Shown: in pieces, positions 1-10,988 of the stretch | Numbering within the stretch: position 1 is the stretch's first letter | Layout of the letters: each line of letters opens with the position of its first letter | Made by a program: the position numbers and the translations under genes | Source: Candidatus Bathyarchaeota archaeon | GTDB taxonomy: Archaea > Thermoproteota > Bathyarchaeia > Bathyarchaeales > Bathycorpusculaceae | DNA: 54,727 nt | Direction: 5' to 3' | Assembly: GCA_963815095.1 (NCBI GenBank) | Contig: CAWFFH010000009.1 | Span: 1-54,727 of the forward strand | Notes under the pieces: generated by a model | The model's database searches: none | What the model saw: only the letters and a program-made list of their open reading frames with translations | What the model was told of the DNA's origin: nothing

Positions 1-73
1 GGGGTGGTGTAGCTTGGTAGCATAGAGGCCTGTGGAGCCTTTCGCCCGAGTTCAAATCTCGGCCCCGGCCCCA
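1..73 (+). tRNA. tRNA-His(GTG), first ~3 nt cut by the window edge
   Basis: Anticodon loop CTGTGGA; T-arm CCGAG-TTCAAAT-CTCGG; acceptor CCCCGGC, discriminator C, encoded CCA. Confidence 0.92.
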
Positions 74-77
74 CCAA

Positions 78-650
78 TCAATAATGCTTTTCGATTCCCC
101 CAAAACCGAACTGCTTGTTTTTCTCTGTCATTTTTACGAAGTTATTTAGCCGCTTCTTAAATTCTTCCGGTCGGTTCCTTGCGCCCTCAATGTAGGCTAA
201 GCGGATTCTCTTGTATTCAGGCGAGAACTTTTGAAAGTTATCCCACGCCTCTTCGTTGGCTTTTATGGCTTCTATAACGTCGGGTGCCGCAGTATATTCT
301 TCTTCGAGAAAATTTTTGGCTGCTTCTTTCACGGAGGGGATAACCTTACCCAGTTTGACAAGCGTTCTTAGCCGCTTCTTGTTAGATTCTGAATAAGGAG
401 TTTTTAGGCGCCTAGGAGTAAAGCGTTGGGCATAGCTGTTTTCATCGATTTTCTTAGCTGTGCTATCAATCCAGCCAAAGGAAAGCGCTTCTTCGACTGC
501 GTCGTTGTAGAGTATGCGTGGTTTGCCGCTTACTTTTTTGGAGTAGATTAACCAGATTTCCTTTTCTTTATCGTAGTTTTCTGAAAGCCATTTTCGCCAT
601 GCTTTCCTATCTGATACATAAAGCGTTTTGCCAATGTCCAAAAGAATCAC
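78..650 (-). CDS. YdeI/OmpD-associated (bacteriocin-protection) family protein
   Basis: WRKWLSEN, AVEEALSFGWID, RFTPRR and C-terminal helical motif typical of YdeI. Confidence 0.85.
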   Translation of the reverse strand: MILLDIGKTLYVSDRKAWRKWLSENYDKEKEIWLIYSKKVSGKPRILYNDAVEEALSFGWIDSTAKKIDENSYAQRFTPRRLKTPYSESNKKRLRTLVKLGKVIPSVKEAAKNFLEEEYTAAPDVIEAIKANEEAWDNFQKFSPEYKRIRLAYIEGARNRPEEFKKRLNNFVKMTEKNKQFGFGGIEKHY

Positions 651-1403
651 TCTGCAACAAAGTAGATAGATGGATCTCTCTAAAATAGGACTTTTCTGTC
701 TGTGGAGGATATGTTGTTTGATTCTGGCTTAAATTGCCTTGCCTGAGAAGTTGTTGGTGCAATTGCACGTTGTGGACGGGTTGCAACTTCGCAGATTATT
801 GATTCTTTGAAACTGAACTGAATGTCCGAGAAGAATTTTTCTGGAGATAAAACCAGATGACAACCATAACAACATTTAACCAACACCTCAAACTATCATA
901 GTTTGCCAAACCAAAATTGAGCACCCATAACGACGGACTCAACAGAGGAACGTAAGAAACACAAATCTTGCACCTATGACGATCGAGTTCTACCCAATTA
1001 TGGAACAGGTGAGGCAAAGGGCAAAAGTCCCACGCCGAGAGAACTTAGCCAAGCTAAAAGCAACGCTCAGCAATGAGGTTAAGTGTTTGGTTACGTGGGA
1101 GACATCTAGCCCGCAAAAACGGGGAGAAAAAAAACGTTGGAATCGGTGACTTTTGAACCCCAAAACGCGTCCGACCTCAAACTGTTTTTTGAAAAAAACA
1201 AAGAGAAGTATTATGAAATTTGGGTTGTAATAACTAAAAAGACAAATCCTCATAGATAGCCGCACAAAAACCATAGACGAAAAAAATACAAGATACGCTT
1301 CACCAAAAAAGTAAACCGTAAACATTAAAATTAAGAAAGCCAGACTAAATTTTTAAGTTCAACACCTCTATTAAAACTATTAAAACGAAGAAGCTGAGCT
1401 CAC

Positions 1404-2492
1404 TTGGACATAGAAAAGAAAATTGAGTTAATCTGCAGACCCCCAACTGAAGAAGTTGTGACTCCTGAAGATTTACGAGCGCTTTTTGAGGCAGAGGAGC
1501 ATCCCATTGCTTACAACGGTTGGGAACCCTCTGGCTTAGCGCATTTGGGAACGGGAGTTATCTGCGCTTACAAAATGAAAGACTTCGCTGAAGCGGGCAT
1601 ACGCTTCAAAGCATTTTTGGCTACGTGGCATGCATGGTTAAATAACAAACTCGGTGGCGACCGCGAACTCATCCGTAAAGCAGCGGACCTATTTAGGCAT
1701 TCATGGCTGGCTCTTGGTGTTCCTGGTGACAAAGTTGAATTCATCTACTCTGACGAGCTATACAAGGATATTGATTACTGGGCAAAAACGGTCATAATCG
1801 CCAAAAACCTCACTTTAGCCCGAACCACACGAACTCTGGAAATTGCGGGCAGAAAAGAAGGCGAAGCCCACTATGTCTCCGATTACCTCTATACGCCCAT
1901 GCAGGTAGCAGACATTTTCCAGATGAAAGTCAAGATTTGCCAGTTGGGCATGGACCAGCGGAAAGCAAACATGGTTGGTAGAGAAATCGGCGAAAAAATC
2001 GGCTGCTGGAAACCCGTCTGTGTACATCATCATTTACTCCAGGGTTTAGCGAAACCGGGAATTTGGCCGATTCCTGAGGGACAAGAAAGAGAAGCAGTTG
2101 CCTCCGCAAAAATGTCCAAAAGCAAACCCGACACATGCATTTTCATCTATGATACTCCCGAAGAAATCAAACAAAAGATGAGCAAAGCATTCTGTCCAGA
2201 ACGAACCGTAAAATTCAATCCCATCATCGATATCTGTAAATACATTGTTTTCCGCGAAAAACCAGTCTTTACGATTGAGCGTCCAACCAAGTTTGGTGGA
2301 AATGTTGATTTCCAAAGTTTCCAAGAGCTTGAAGTCGCCTATTCAGAAGGCAAACTGCATCCGATGGACCTCAAAAACGGAGTTGCAACTGAACTTGGAG
2401 AAATTCTTGAGCCCGTCCGCCGGTACTTTGTGAACAACAAAGAAGCCAAAGACTGCTTGGAGACCGTTCGCAAAGCAAAAATTACAAGGTAA
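1404..2492 (+). CDS. tyrS: Tyrosyl-tRNA synthetase (archaeal type)
   Basis: YNGWEPSG, HLGT (HIGH-like), YTPMQVAD, GMDQRK, KMSKS, LHPMDLK. Confidence 0.95.
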   Translation: MDIEKKIELICRPPTEEVVTPEDLRALFEAEEHPIAYNGWEPSGLAHLGTGVICAYKMKDFAEAGIRFKAFLATWHAWLNNKLGGDRELIRKAADLFRHSWLALGVPGDKVEFIYSDELYKDIDYWAKTVIIAKNLTLARTTRTLEIAGRKEGEAHYVSDYLYTPMQVADIFQMKVKICQLGMDQRKANMVGREIGEKIGCWKPVCVHHHLLQGLAKPGIWPIPEGQEREAVASAKMSKSKPDTCIFIYDTPEEIKQKMSKAFCPERTVKFNPIIDICKYIVFREKPVFTIERPTKFGGNVDFQSFQELEVAYSEGKLHPMDLKNGVATELGEILEPVRRYFVNNKEAKDCLETVRKAKITR

Positions 2493-2496
2493 AAGC

Positions 2497-2910
2497 TTGT
2501 CAACACACCTTAAAGAAAAACTGGAAAAAATCGACCAAGTCATTGTCAAGTTGGCTGAAGAGTCAGCTAAAGGCAAACTAATCGTTGTTGAGGGCAAAAA
2601 AGATGCCCACACGCTCCAAGAGTTAGGCATAACGGGATCAATCGTAACTGTGAAAACTGGCGACAAATCTTTCCTTTTAGCCGCCCAAGAGATTGAAAAT
2701 CTCAGCGTCGTTGAGGTAATTCTTTTGTTAGATTTTGACCGAAGAGGAAAAGAAGGAATCAAGCGGCTTCAGGAGAGCTTAGAACGGGGAAAAATTAATG
2801 TAAATGTGAAGTTTTGGCGTGAATTGGGTGGGCTGGTCGGTCGAGAAATTCAGTGTATAGAGAGTTTAACTTCGTATTTGCGTACGTTGCAGGAAAAAGC
2901 CCAGTTGTAA
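2497..2910 (+). CDS. Small TOPRIM-domain protein
   Basis: IVVEGKKD and LLLDFDRRG TOPRIM motifs. Confidence 0.88.
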   Translation: MSTHLKEKLEKIDQVIVKLAEESAKGKLIVVEGKKDAHTLQELGITGSIVTVKTGDKSFLLAAQEIENLSVVEVILLLDFDRRGKEGIKRLQESLERGKINVNVKFWRELGGLVGREIQCIESLTSYLRTLQEKAQL

Positions 2911-2977
2911 AAGTGTGAGTTTGTTTTAGAATAAACTTATAAACAGCTCCAACTTTAAGCCTCTTGGAGAAAAGAAA

Positions 2978-5707
2978 ATGCAAACTAAAAACAAAATTCT
3001 AGCGATAGCAATTTCGTTATTATTAATGATTTCAATTGCAACTTCAATAACTCTTTCACCAACTGCGACTGCGCACACACCTCCATGGCAAATTCCAACA
3101 TTTGCTTACGTGATTGCTCTACCTAATCCGATAGGAGTCGGACAATCAACAACCATTTACATGTTCCTCGGAAACCCGCCTTATCCATCTGCAGCCATAA
3201 ACAATGACTACAGATATCATAACTACGAACTCACCATAACCGCACCAGATGGAACTAACACAACAAAAACTTATCCAACCATCCAAGATACAACCAACAG
3301 CCAATACTATATCTTCAGCCCCAACCAAATAGGCACCTACACACTCTCTTTCGCATACTTAGGACAAAATGTTAATGACTATCCACATGACCCCTCAACA
3401 GCAACAACCTCATACACAAACGATACCTTCCAAGCAAGTTCCTATACATCAACATTGACGGTACAACAAGACCCTGTTTCAAACCTTCCCAACACCCCAC
3501 TTCCAACTGAATACTGGACACGTCCAATCTACGGCGAAAACACTAACTGGTGGTCCATTTCATCTAACTGGCTTGGCTCAGGCATAACTGGCTATGGTGC
3601 GATGCCTGGTCCAAACGAGCAGATGTTCTCAGGCGATTCCGTTGGACCCCAAACAGGTCACATCATGTGGACTAAGCCTATCCAAAGCGGCGGAGTAGCT
3701 GGAGGAAACAACTATCAAATCCAGGGAAACGGCATCTTTGAAGGTTCAGCATATAACCAAAGATTCGTAAATCCCATAATACTCAACGGAAAACTCTACT
3801 TCACTGAAACCGTATCCTACACTGGCGTCAGCAGTGGACCAACAGATTGCGTTGACTTGCGAACAGGCCAAGTTATTTGGTCTCGCACCGATGTTCCAGC
3901 GCTATCATTCGGTCTAGTTTGGGACCACGAAGACCCTAACCAACACGGTGTTTTTCCAGCGATGCTTTTTACAAGCAGTTTTGCACGCGCTTTTGATGCA
4001 GACACAGGCAACCAATTGTTTAACGTAACTGGTGTTCCCTCGGGCACTTCAGTCCTTGGTCCAAACGGCGAAGTGTTGAGATATACCTTAACGGACTTGG
4101 GCAATTCTACATTACATAACTATGTTGTGGCAGAGTGGAACTCTAGCAAACTCTGGAATTATGTTGTGAACCCATACTCTGGCGCAAGCCTACTTTCACC
4201 ATCAATCATCAATGCCTCCAACGGAGCTCTTATAACAACTATTCCACCACCATATACAGGAACAACTGGCACACTTCCTAACGGCACAAGCATCTCAGTA
4301 CCATACAACTCAGCAATAACAATTGATGCAAGCGGCTTCAACTCTACAAGTCCACAGAACCGTTACGACTGGAACTATTCGATAAACTCTTGGCGCAACA
4401 CCATGACCGCAGCACCCAGCATTCTATCAGTTTTCCCAGGTAACCTGCTACTCTGTAGAAACGGCTCTTATCCAGCATTAGGCGCATATACTCCATATAC
4501 CTACTTTGCAATCAACCTAAATGCATCCATAGGAACAATCGGCAACGTATTATGGTGGAACACAGTGCAGCCACCATCAGGCAAAAACATCACCACTGTA
4601 ACATATGCTGGAGCTGACCAAAATGCAGGCGTATTTGCTGAATCGTACAGGCAAACATCTCAGTTCGTTGGATACAGCCTTGCGACAGGTGCCCAAATAT
4701 GGGGTCCAACTGCAGGTCAATCGCCCATGGACTACTATGGTAGTCAAGGTCCAGGAACATTAGCCAACCAGATTGCTTACGGCAACATCTACAGCGCTGC
4801 ATACGGCGGAGTACTCTACGCCTATGACATGAAAACTGGAAACATAATTTTCACCTATGGAAACGGCGGAGAAGGCAACAGCACTCACAGTGGCTTTGAA
4901 GTACCCGGCAACTACCCAACCTTCTTAAACGCGGTTGGAAACGGAGTAGTTTACTTGCTTACTTCTGAACACACAGTAGAAACCCCAATTTACAAGGGTG
5001 CATTAATGCGAGCTGTTAATGCTACAACTGGACAAGAAATCTTTACTCTTTCAAACGACAACAACGAATTCGCAGCATCAAGCTTTGGAATAGCTGATGG
5101 CTATGCAACCACATTTAACGCATACGATAACCAAATCTACAGCATAGGCAAAGGCCCAAGCACAATGACAGTTTCAGCACCCGACGTCGCGGTACCATTT
5201 AACACACCCATTGTCATCAAAGGATCAGTCACAGATGTTTCTGCAGGCACAAAGCAAAATGAGCAAGCAGCACGCTTCCCCAATGGTGTCCCAGTTTCAT
5301 CTGATGCCAGCATGCGGGAGTGGATGGGTTACGTTTACCAGCAGCAACCATTGCCAACAAACTTTACAGGCGTCTCAGTGACCTTAAACGTCGTGGATTC
5401 TAACGGCAACTACAGAAGCATAGGAACAACAACAACCGATGCAAGCGGCACATTCAAGTTCACATGGAAACCAGATATTCCAGGCGACTACACACTAATG
5501 GCATCTTTTGCTGGCACCAACGGATACTGGCCATCAACTGCTGAAAACAGTTTTAACGTAATGCTTCAACCAACAGCAACCGCAACGCCTACATCAACAC
5601 CAGCATCAAACACTGACATGTATGTTCTCGCTTCAGCAGCGGCCACAATAGTTGCAATAGCAATTGTCGGCGCAGTAATTGTGATGATATTAAGAAAACG
5701 ACAATAA
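2978..5707 (+). CDS. Large secreted, membrane-anchored PQQ-like beta-propeller surface protein
   Basis: Signal peptide; repeated D/N-x-x-TG-x-x-x-W/F blades; Thr/Pro linker; C-terminal TM helix plus RKRQ tail. Confidence 0.8.
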   Translation: MQTKNKILAIAISLLLMISIATSITLSPTATAHTPPWQIPTFAYVIALPNPIGVGQSTTIYMFLGNPPYPSAAINNDYRYHNYELTITAPDGTNTTKTYPTIQDTTNSQYYIFSPNQIGTYTLSFAYLGQNVNDYPHDPSTATTSYTNDTFQASSYTSTLTVQQDPVSNLPNTPLPTEYWTRPIYGENTNWWSISSNWLGSGITGYGAMPGPNEQMFSGDSVGPQTGHIMWTKPIQSGGVAGGNNYQIQGNGIFEGSAYNQRFVNPIILNGKLYFTETVSYTGVSSGPTDCVDLRTGQVIWSRTDVPALSFGLVWDHEDPNQHGVFPAMLFTSSFARAFDADTGNQLFNVTGVPSGTSVLGPNGEVLRYTLTDLGNSTLHNYVVAEWNSSKLWNYVVNPYSGASLLSPSIINASNGALITTIPPPYTGTTGTLPNGTSISVPYNSAITIDASGFNSTSPQNRYDWNYSINSWRNTMTAAPSILSVFPGNLLLCRNGSYPALGAYTPYTYFAINLNASIGTIGNVLWWNTVQPPSGKNITTVTYAGADQNAGVFAESYRQTSQFVGYSLATGAQIWGPTAGQSPMDYYGSQGPGTLANQIAYGNIYSAAYGGVLYAYDMKTGNIIFTYGNGGEGNSTHSGFEVPGNYPTFLNAVGNGVVYLLTSEHTVETPIYKGALMRAVNATTGQEIFTLSNDNNEFAASSFGIADGYATTFNAYDNQIYSIGKGPSTMTVSAPDVAVPFNTPIVIKGSVTDVSAGTKQNEQAARFPNGVPVSSDASMREWMGYVYQQQPLPTNFTGVSVTLNVVDSNGNYRSIGTTTTDASGTFKFTWKPDIPGDYTLMASFAGTNGYWPSTAENSFNVMLQPTATATPTSTPASNTDMYVLASAAATIVAIAIVGAVIVMILRKRQ

Positions 5708-5716
5708 ACCAACCAA

Positions 5717-5746
5717 GGAAAACTTCCCTTTTCTTTTTTATTTTTG
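5717..5746 (+). terminator. Putative terminator (short hairpin plus T-tract)
   Basis: GGAA-AAC-TTCC followed by TTTTCTTTTTTATTTTT right after the stop codon. Confidence 0.5.
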
Positions 5747-5828
5747 AATTCCAGTTTCTCTAACACTAATTTTAATTTGGGAAATTGTTTTTATAAATCA
5801 TTAATTCCCTAAAGCGACTGTGATTTAA

Positions 5829-6570
5829 ATGGATATCAAAGGGAAAGTCGCCATCGTAACAGGTGAAGCAATGGGAATAGGATTTGTCACAGCGAAGCTG
5901 CTTTCACAAAAAGGCGCCAAACTTGTTTTGGTTGCCCGCTCAAAAGATAAACTGGACAAACTTGCAAAGCAGCTTCCTGACTCCATCGCGATTTTTGCTG
6001 ATTTTTCCAAAGTTGATGATGTCAAAAAAAATGGTTAACCACGCCTACGAACATTTTGGGCGAATCGACATTCTGGTTAATAATGCTGGTCAAGGGTACG
6101 ATGCGCCCGTTATGAAGATTGATTCCAAGGTTTTCCGTTACCTTTTCAACTTGGATATTTTGGGGCAACTTGTCGCTATCCAAGAAGTAGCACCTTTCAT
6201 GCAAAAACAAAGAGCAGGCGCAATTGTTAACATAAGTTCAGGACTTGCATTGATGCATTTAGAGCATATGGGTGCATACGCAACGTTAAAGGCAGCATTC
6301 GCGCATCTGAGCTTAACAGCTAGAGAAGAACTTAAAGGCGACAACATATCAGTCAGCGCACTCTACCCATACATAACGTTAACTGACTTTGAAAAAAACA
6401 CCATAAAAGACTCTTCCGAATCCCATTGGGACGAAGACTCAGAGGGCGGCGAGCAAGCCTGGGCAAAAGCCGACCCACCAGAACACGTTGCAAAACAGGT
6501 TGTTGAAGCCATCGAAAAAGGACCTGCTGAAATACTATCGCATGACTGGATGAAAAAAGAATCCGCTTGA
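5829..6570 (+). pseudogene. SDR family oxidoreductase, frameshifted in an A8 run
   Basis: Rossmann TGEAMGIG in ORF 5829-6038; NNAG and YATLK in ORF 5884-6570; removing one A at 6024-6031 joins them. Confidence 0.85.
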
Positions 6571-6671
6571 ACCTATTAGAAATAGAGTGCTTTTAACAGT
6601 TCCAGGCCTTTTTCGGTTTGGTTTTAGGTACCTTTAAAGCATGCTTTTTGCTTTTTTATTACTGACTTTTT

Positions 6672-7349
6672 ATGGAGAAGACTAATCAGTCTCAGAAGGT
6701 AACTGCGGTCTTTTTAATCGCTATACTTTTAGCACTTGTTTTCATAGTAGTTTATTATAGTGAGAATCCGCCAAAACAGCCACCTAAGATGCTTTATCCT
6801 GGAGAAGTTAGAAATTATCAGGGCGAAAACCTCTCGTCAATTGCTGATGTCTACGAAAACGCCATCAAAGGCACCCAATATATCAACGTTTCAAATTACC
6901 ATTTGCAAATAACAGGTTTAGTCAACGATCCTTTGAATTACACATACGACCAAATAATCAATGATTTTCAGACCTATCAAAAAGTGGTAACTATCTATTG
7001 CGTGGAGGGATGGTCAGCTAAGATTCTCTGGGAAGGCGTTTTGGTTAGCGATTTACTTAAGGAAGCAAGCGTCAATTCCAGCGCTGTAGCTGCAATCTTT
7101 TATGCTTCAGACGGTTACTCAACTGAGCTTCCACTTAGTTACTTATCAAACAACGACATAATCTTAGCTTCCAAAATGAACGGGCTTGTGATTCCTCCTG
7201 AACGCGGTTTTCCTTTTCAACTTATCTCTGAAAGCCAATATGGCTACAAATGGATAAAATGGGTAACAAAAATTGAGTTAACAAATAACCCGAATTATCT
7301 TGGTTACTGGGAAAGCCGAGGCTACCCCAACAATGCAACTCTAAGATAA
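6672..7349 (+). CDS. Membrane-anchored molybdopterin-dependent oxidoreductase (MsrP/sulfite oxidase-like)
   Basis: CVEGW, DGYST, RGFP, GYKWIKWV, GYWESRGY; N-terminal TM helix. Confidence 0.88.
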   Translation: MEKTNQSQKVTAVFLIAILLALVFIVVYYSENPPKQPPKMLYPGEVRNYQGENLSSIADVYENAIKGTQYINVSNYHLQITGLVNDPLNYTYDQIINDFQTYQKVVTIYCVEGWSAKILWEGVLVSDLLKEASVNSSAVAAIFYASDGYSTELPLSYLSNNDIILASKMNGLVIPPERGFPFQLISESQYGYKWIKWVTKIELTNNPNYLGYWESRGYPNNATLR

Positions 7350-7799
7350 TCTACCTAAATACTTCTTCCTAACTTTGCTTATACATAAGTAAACTATAAT
7401 CAATATGCTATACCCTATTTCTGTGAATCCAGGAAACTTGGGGATTCCTGGGATGCTGGGTAAATCAAGAAGCGTTAAAGAATCCGCAACTGTCACAAAC
7501 AGTGAAACCGCAATCGTTCCAACCCACCCGGTTTTTTTACCCTGCCAAATTAGAATGGCGAAAACAACGGTCAATGAGCCGAAAATAATTGTGTATACGT
7601 CGTAGGCTAATGTTGCTTGGATGAAGTTCAGGTTTTCGAAGGCAAGAAGCAGGAACCCGAAGAAAACGTGAATAGCGCCGATTAAAAGCTGTGCTGCTAC
7701 AAGAACTGCGAGACCTATGTTTCTGCCCTTGTATGTGATGGTTGGGGGTTGCTTGTTACTCATCAAATTGCCCTCAACATTACTGCAATCATAGAACAC
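7341..7799 (-). CDS. Hypothetical membrane protein (~4 TM)
   Basis: Hydrophobic segments; likely start at the internal ATG 7763. Confidence 0.6.
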   Translation of the reverse strand: MFYDCSNVEGNLMSNKQPPTITYKGRNIGLAVLVAAQLLIGAIHVFFGFLLLAFENLNFIQATLAYDVYTIIFGSLTVVFAILIWQGKKTGWVGTIAVSLFVTVADSLTLLDLPSIPGIPKFPGFTEIGYSILIIVYLCISKVRKKYLGRLS

Positions 7800-7834
7800 A
7801 AATATCTTTTCCTGCCAATTAAAATTAAAACGAG

Positions 7835-8800
7835 CTAGGCGTAATCAAGTCTTTTTGATGTAAGCCATTTCTTTCTCCATAGCCAAATGAACGGCAAAAT
7901 TATGGACACCAATATGGCACCGCTTATTATGATGATGTTGGTGTTGCCGAACTGTGAAATTCCAAAGAAAGTAGCCACGGTGTTTGGAAAAGAAGTAACA
8001 GTAGTAACGATGGTTAAATAGAATATGACAATTGTTAGGCCTTTTATCGAGAGATTGATTTTGTTTGAAATAGCAGACAAATGCACATTTATGGCGTCTG
8101 AAAGGATTTCGCGGTAAGTTTCAACAATATCTACTTGCCGCGTCAATTCCTCATGGGTAGTGTCAAATAATGCTTGTGATTCAACATCCATGCAATTGCA
8201 GTTGCATTTTTTAAGGTTAAAAACTAAACCTCGCTCATACCACAAGACCTTGTTGAAGCTAATCATGTTCGATTTAAGCTTAAATATTTTCTTTAAAATA
8301 TCGGGGGAAGTTTTCTCAACTACCTCCTCTTCCATCTTTGCAGTAAGGCTCTCCAGCTTTTCAATCTGCAAATAATGGTTGGCGACGATTTCATCTATTA
8401 TGAAATAGATAACTTGCGTTGGAGTATCTACCTTTGGTTTGCTCATTCGCTCTTTAGCCGTATTAATTACGGGTTGAAGTTCCTGTTTGGCAACCGTTAC
8501 AAGAAAATCCTTTGCAAAAGCCATAACAATAGGATAAGCTTTTTTGGTTGACGTAGGATCCTGCATAAAAAGGAAATTGATTATTCCAAAATCTTGTTCT
8601 AAACGTAAATCAACAACGCCACTGGTTGGGGGAAGCCTCAAAAAATTTATTGGCAACTGAGTTGCATTTGAGACCTCTTGTAGCTCGTTTTCGGTTGGGT
8701 CAACAAGCTCCAGCCAAATATTTGAGAAGCTTAATGTTTTTACTTCTTCAATCTGAACTTTTCTTTCTGTGTTGTCACCCAAGTTGACAGCGCGAATCAT
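7835..8800 (-). CDS. CorA/ZntB-like divalent cation transporter
   Basis: WLELVDPT N-terminus, long helical stalk, two C-terminal TMs; the GMN motif position reads FFGIS. Confidence 0.8.
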   Translation of the reverse strand: MIRAVNLGDNTERKVQIEEVKTLSFSNIWLELVDPTENELQEVSNATQLPINFLRLPPTSGVVDLRLEQDFGIINFLFMQDPTSTKKAYPIVMAFAKDFLVTVAKQELQPVINTAKERMSKPKVDTPTQVIYFIIDEIVANHYLQIEKLESLTAKMEEEVVEKTSPDILKKIFKLKSNMISFNKVLWYERGLVFNLKKCNCNCMDVESQALFDTTHEELTRQVDIVETYREILSDAINVHLSAISNKINLSIKGLTIVIFYLTIVTTVTSFPNTVATFFGISQFGNTNIIIISGAILVSIILPFIWLWRKKWLTSKRLDYA

Positions 8801-8853
8801 AGGTAATCAAGCGTTGCTAAACATATTAGATTTTTGGCTATCCTAAAAGGCGT

Positions 8854-9198
8854 CTATGTTTTCTTTTTTTCCATTTGCTTAGCTAAAATTTCAATGAACT
8901 GCCCCATTCGATCTCTTGTTCTGCCAAAATCAATAATCGAGGTTATGGTGGTCACCGGTGTTTCCGCGCTTATACTCATACGGGTTGTTTTCTCATCCAC
9001 CGATGTAACCTCAATGGAGAGCGTTGAGCCATATGCCATGAAGCCACCTTTTGTTTTCACTTTGGCTTTGTGGATTGCGTCGTCTTTTTCTTCAAGTTGC
9101 CATTCTAAAATCGTGATGACTTCTGGAATGGTTGCCCAAATCTTTTCCAGTGGATAATCTATTTCGAGGTTTTCATCCTCGTTACGTAGATAAGCCAT
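8854..9198 (-). CDS. Hypothetical protein
   Basis: 114-aa ORF with normal composition, co-oriented with neighbours. Confidence 0.65.
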   Translation of the reverse strand: MAYLRNEDENLEIDYPLEKIWATIPEVITILEWQLEEKDDAIHKAKVKTKGGFMAYGSTLSIEVTSVDEKTTRMSISAETPVTTITSIIDFGRTRDRMGQFIEILAKQMEKKKT

Positions 9199-9277
9199 TT
9201 TTCTTCAAGAATGGTTTGTTTGGGTTATACTTAACTCTTCATCTAACACTTTCGTGATTAAGCCGATTTAGACGGGA

Positions 9278-9748
9278 CTAGTTTGTGCCTTGAGTAATTG
9301 GAAAACTGCCGAGCATTGTTGTGTTCACCATCAGGTATAGCACGAAACCCATTATCAATGAAACCAGCCAAAGTGTTAAGACAACCCGCATGATGCGTTT
9401 ATTCAGTTTGCCATAGCATCGCAATTTTGAATTTTGCATAAGAAACGTTGGCACAAGCCATGTTCCCAGAACCCATAGGCTCGAAAGAATAGTTAAACCG
9501 CCAAACGTAACGTGCAACATACCAACAGTCGATAACCCTCCACCACCTTCACCGACATTATCCCAAGCAGGAGCCATAATAGCAACAAAAGAAACAAGGT
9601 TCAAAACAACCGCAGCCAACATTAAATTTGCATGCACCTTAACTTTGCGTTTCCTCTCAACCGCAAAACCAGCAATTAAGAAAATAAAAATTGAAATCTG
9701 AAAAAATAGGTCTACTTGAGTTGCAAGAAAAGAGACCATAATTATCAA
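9278..9748 (-). CDS. Membrane protein, DUF420-like
   Basis: 4 TMs with HANLM and LH motifs. Confidence 0.55.
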   Translation of the reverse strand: MIIMVSFLATQVDLFFQISIFIFLIAGFAVERKRKVKVHANLMLAAVVLNLVSFVAIMAPAWDNVGEGGGGLSTVGMLHVTFGGLTILSSLWVLGTWLVPTFLMQNSKLRCYGKLNKRIMRVVLTLWLVSLIMGFVLYLMVNTTMLGSFPITQGTN

Positions 9749-9796
9749 AAAAGAAAAGATGCAATTTCTAATTAAGCTTTGCTTGGAAAAGATAGT

Positions 9797-10168
9797 TTAT
9801 TTGAGTGATTCTTTTAACGCTGAAAAGTAAGTTAAGACCTGTTCAATTTGGGGTTCAGCCATGGAAAGGATTGCTTGAACTGCAGCTTTCTTTGGAGTCG
9901 TTGACAATGTCGCTAATGCATAGTCTATACTAGTAAAGAGGGGTTCCCATGGAATGTTCACCCGTTTACCTTTCAGATTGTATAGGGCTAAAACGAAGGC
10001 GCTTGCTCGGCTTAAGCTGTCTTTGAACGACTGAATACTTGAAGCGATAACTGTAACATCGTAATCTTTTCCTGCGACAAAACCTCTAATAACCATGTAA
10101 TTTTGCTCTAAATTCTGAATTTCAGCAAGAAGGTCTTGCTTAATCCTGGTTTCTGCGTCGTTTTGCAT
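9797..10168 (-). CDS. Hypothetical helical protein
   Basis: 123-aa ORF with ATG start. Confidence 0.65.
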   Translation of the reverse strand: MQNDAETRIKQDLLAEIQNLEQNYMVIRGFVAGKDYDVTVIASSIQSFKDSLSRASAFVLALYNLKGKRVNIPWEPLFTSIDYALATLSTTPKKAAVQAILSMAEPQIEQVLTYFSALKESLK

Positions 10169-10262
10169 ATTGCATCAAGTTCCTGTATGTTTCCCAAGTA
10201 CATAAGACTTGTTTTCACTTCAATGAGAAGTTAAAGTTAAAAAGGGAGTCCATTAAAAAAAA

Positions 10263-10988
10263 TTAACCTGAGTTCCCATCGTTGAAAGGAGAGGTATCTG
10301 GGGAGCCGTCAGGCAGGGTTATTGCGTCGTATACAGTTGAAGCGATGAGGGTCGCGCCGTCATTGTTCGGGTGAACCCCATCGAGGTAAGCATCTGTATG
10401 ATTTATGAATACACCATACATGTCTACTGTTGGTAAATTTAGATTGTTTGCCAAATCGTCAATTTGAGGAATCACTGTGTTTGCAAGAATTGTATTGTTG
10501 TAGCTGGAATTATTCGTGACAATTGGTGGTGATTTTAAAATCCAAACTAGTTGCCTACCTTGAAGCTGTTCAAAATCCGAAATTAGTTGATTATAATCTG
10601 TTGTAAAATTGGTTTCATTTGGGCTAATTTGTGGGTTAGCATCGTTTGTTCCCAACATTATTATAATAATATCTGGACCAAAATCCTTGGCTTTTTGAAA
10701 TTCTGATTGGTTCATGTAGGGCAATATGGAATCACATGAAACTGTAGCTCCGCTGACCCCAAAATTACCGACTGTATAGTTAGGACCGAGCATCTGATGT
10801 AGTTTAAACGGGTATCCACTTCTCTGGGTGATGCTGTCGCCGACGCATGCAACCCGAATTGGCTGAACGGTTGTGGTCGTGTTTGATGTTACATTGCAGT
10901 ATGCCGCTATGCTTGCCAAGAAAATCAATACGACAATTCCGAATGCCAGATGCTTGATTTCCGTATTCATAGCGTTAGCCTTGACCAT
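10263..10988 (-). CDS. SGNH/GDSL hydrolase (secreted or membrane-anchored)
   Basis: GDSIT, NFGVSG, LGTND and DGVHP blocks; N-terminal hydrophobic helix. Confidence 0.92.
   Translation of the reverse strand: MVKANAMNTEIKHLAFGIVVLIFLASIAAYCNVTSNTTTTVQPIRVACVGDSITQRSGYPFKLHQMLGPNYTVGNFGVSGATVSCDSILPYMNQSEFQKAKDFGPDIIIIMLGTNDANPQISPNETNFTTDYNQLISDFEQLQGRQLVWILKSPPIVTNNSSYNNTILANTVIPQIDDLANNLNLPTVDMYGVFINHTDAYLDGVHPNNDGATLIASTVYDAITLPDGSPDTSPFNDGNSG

Noticed and set aside
680-1325. Short ORFs between ydeI and tyrS
   Set aside because: Low-complexity or shadow translations with no recognisable motif; possibly a decayed gene, but unsupported
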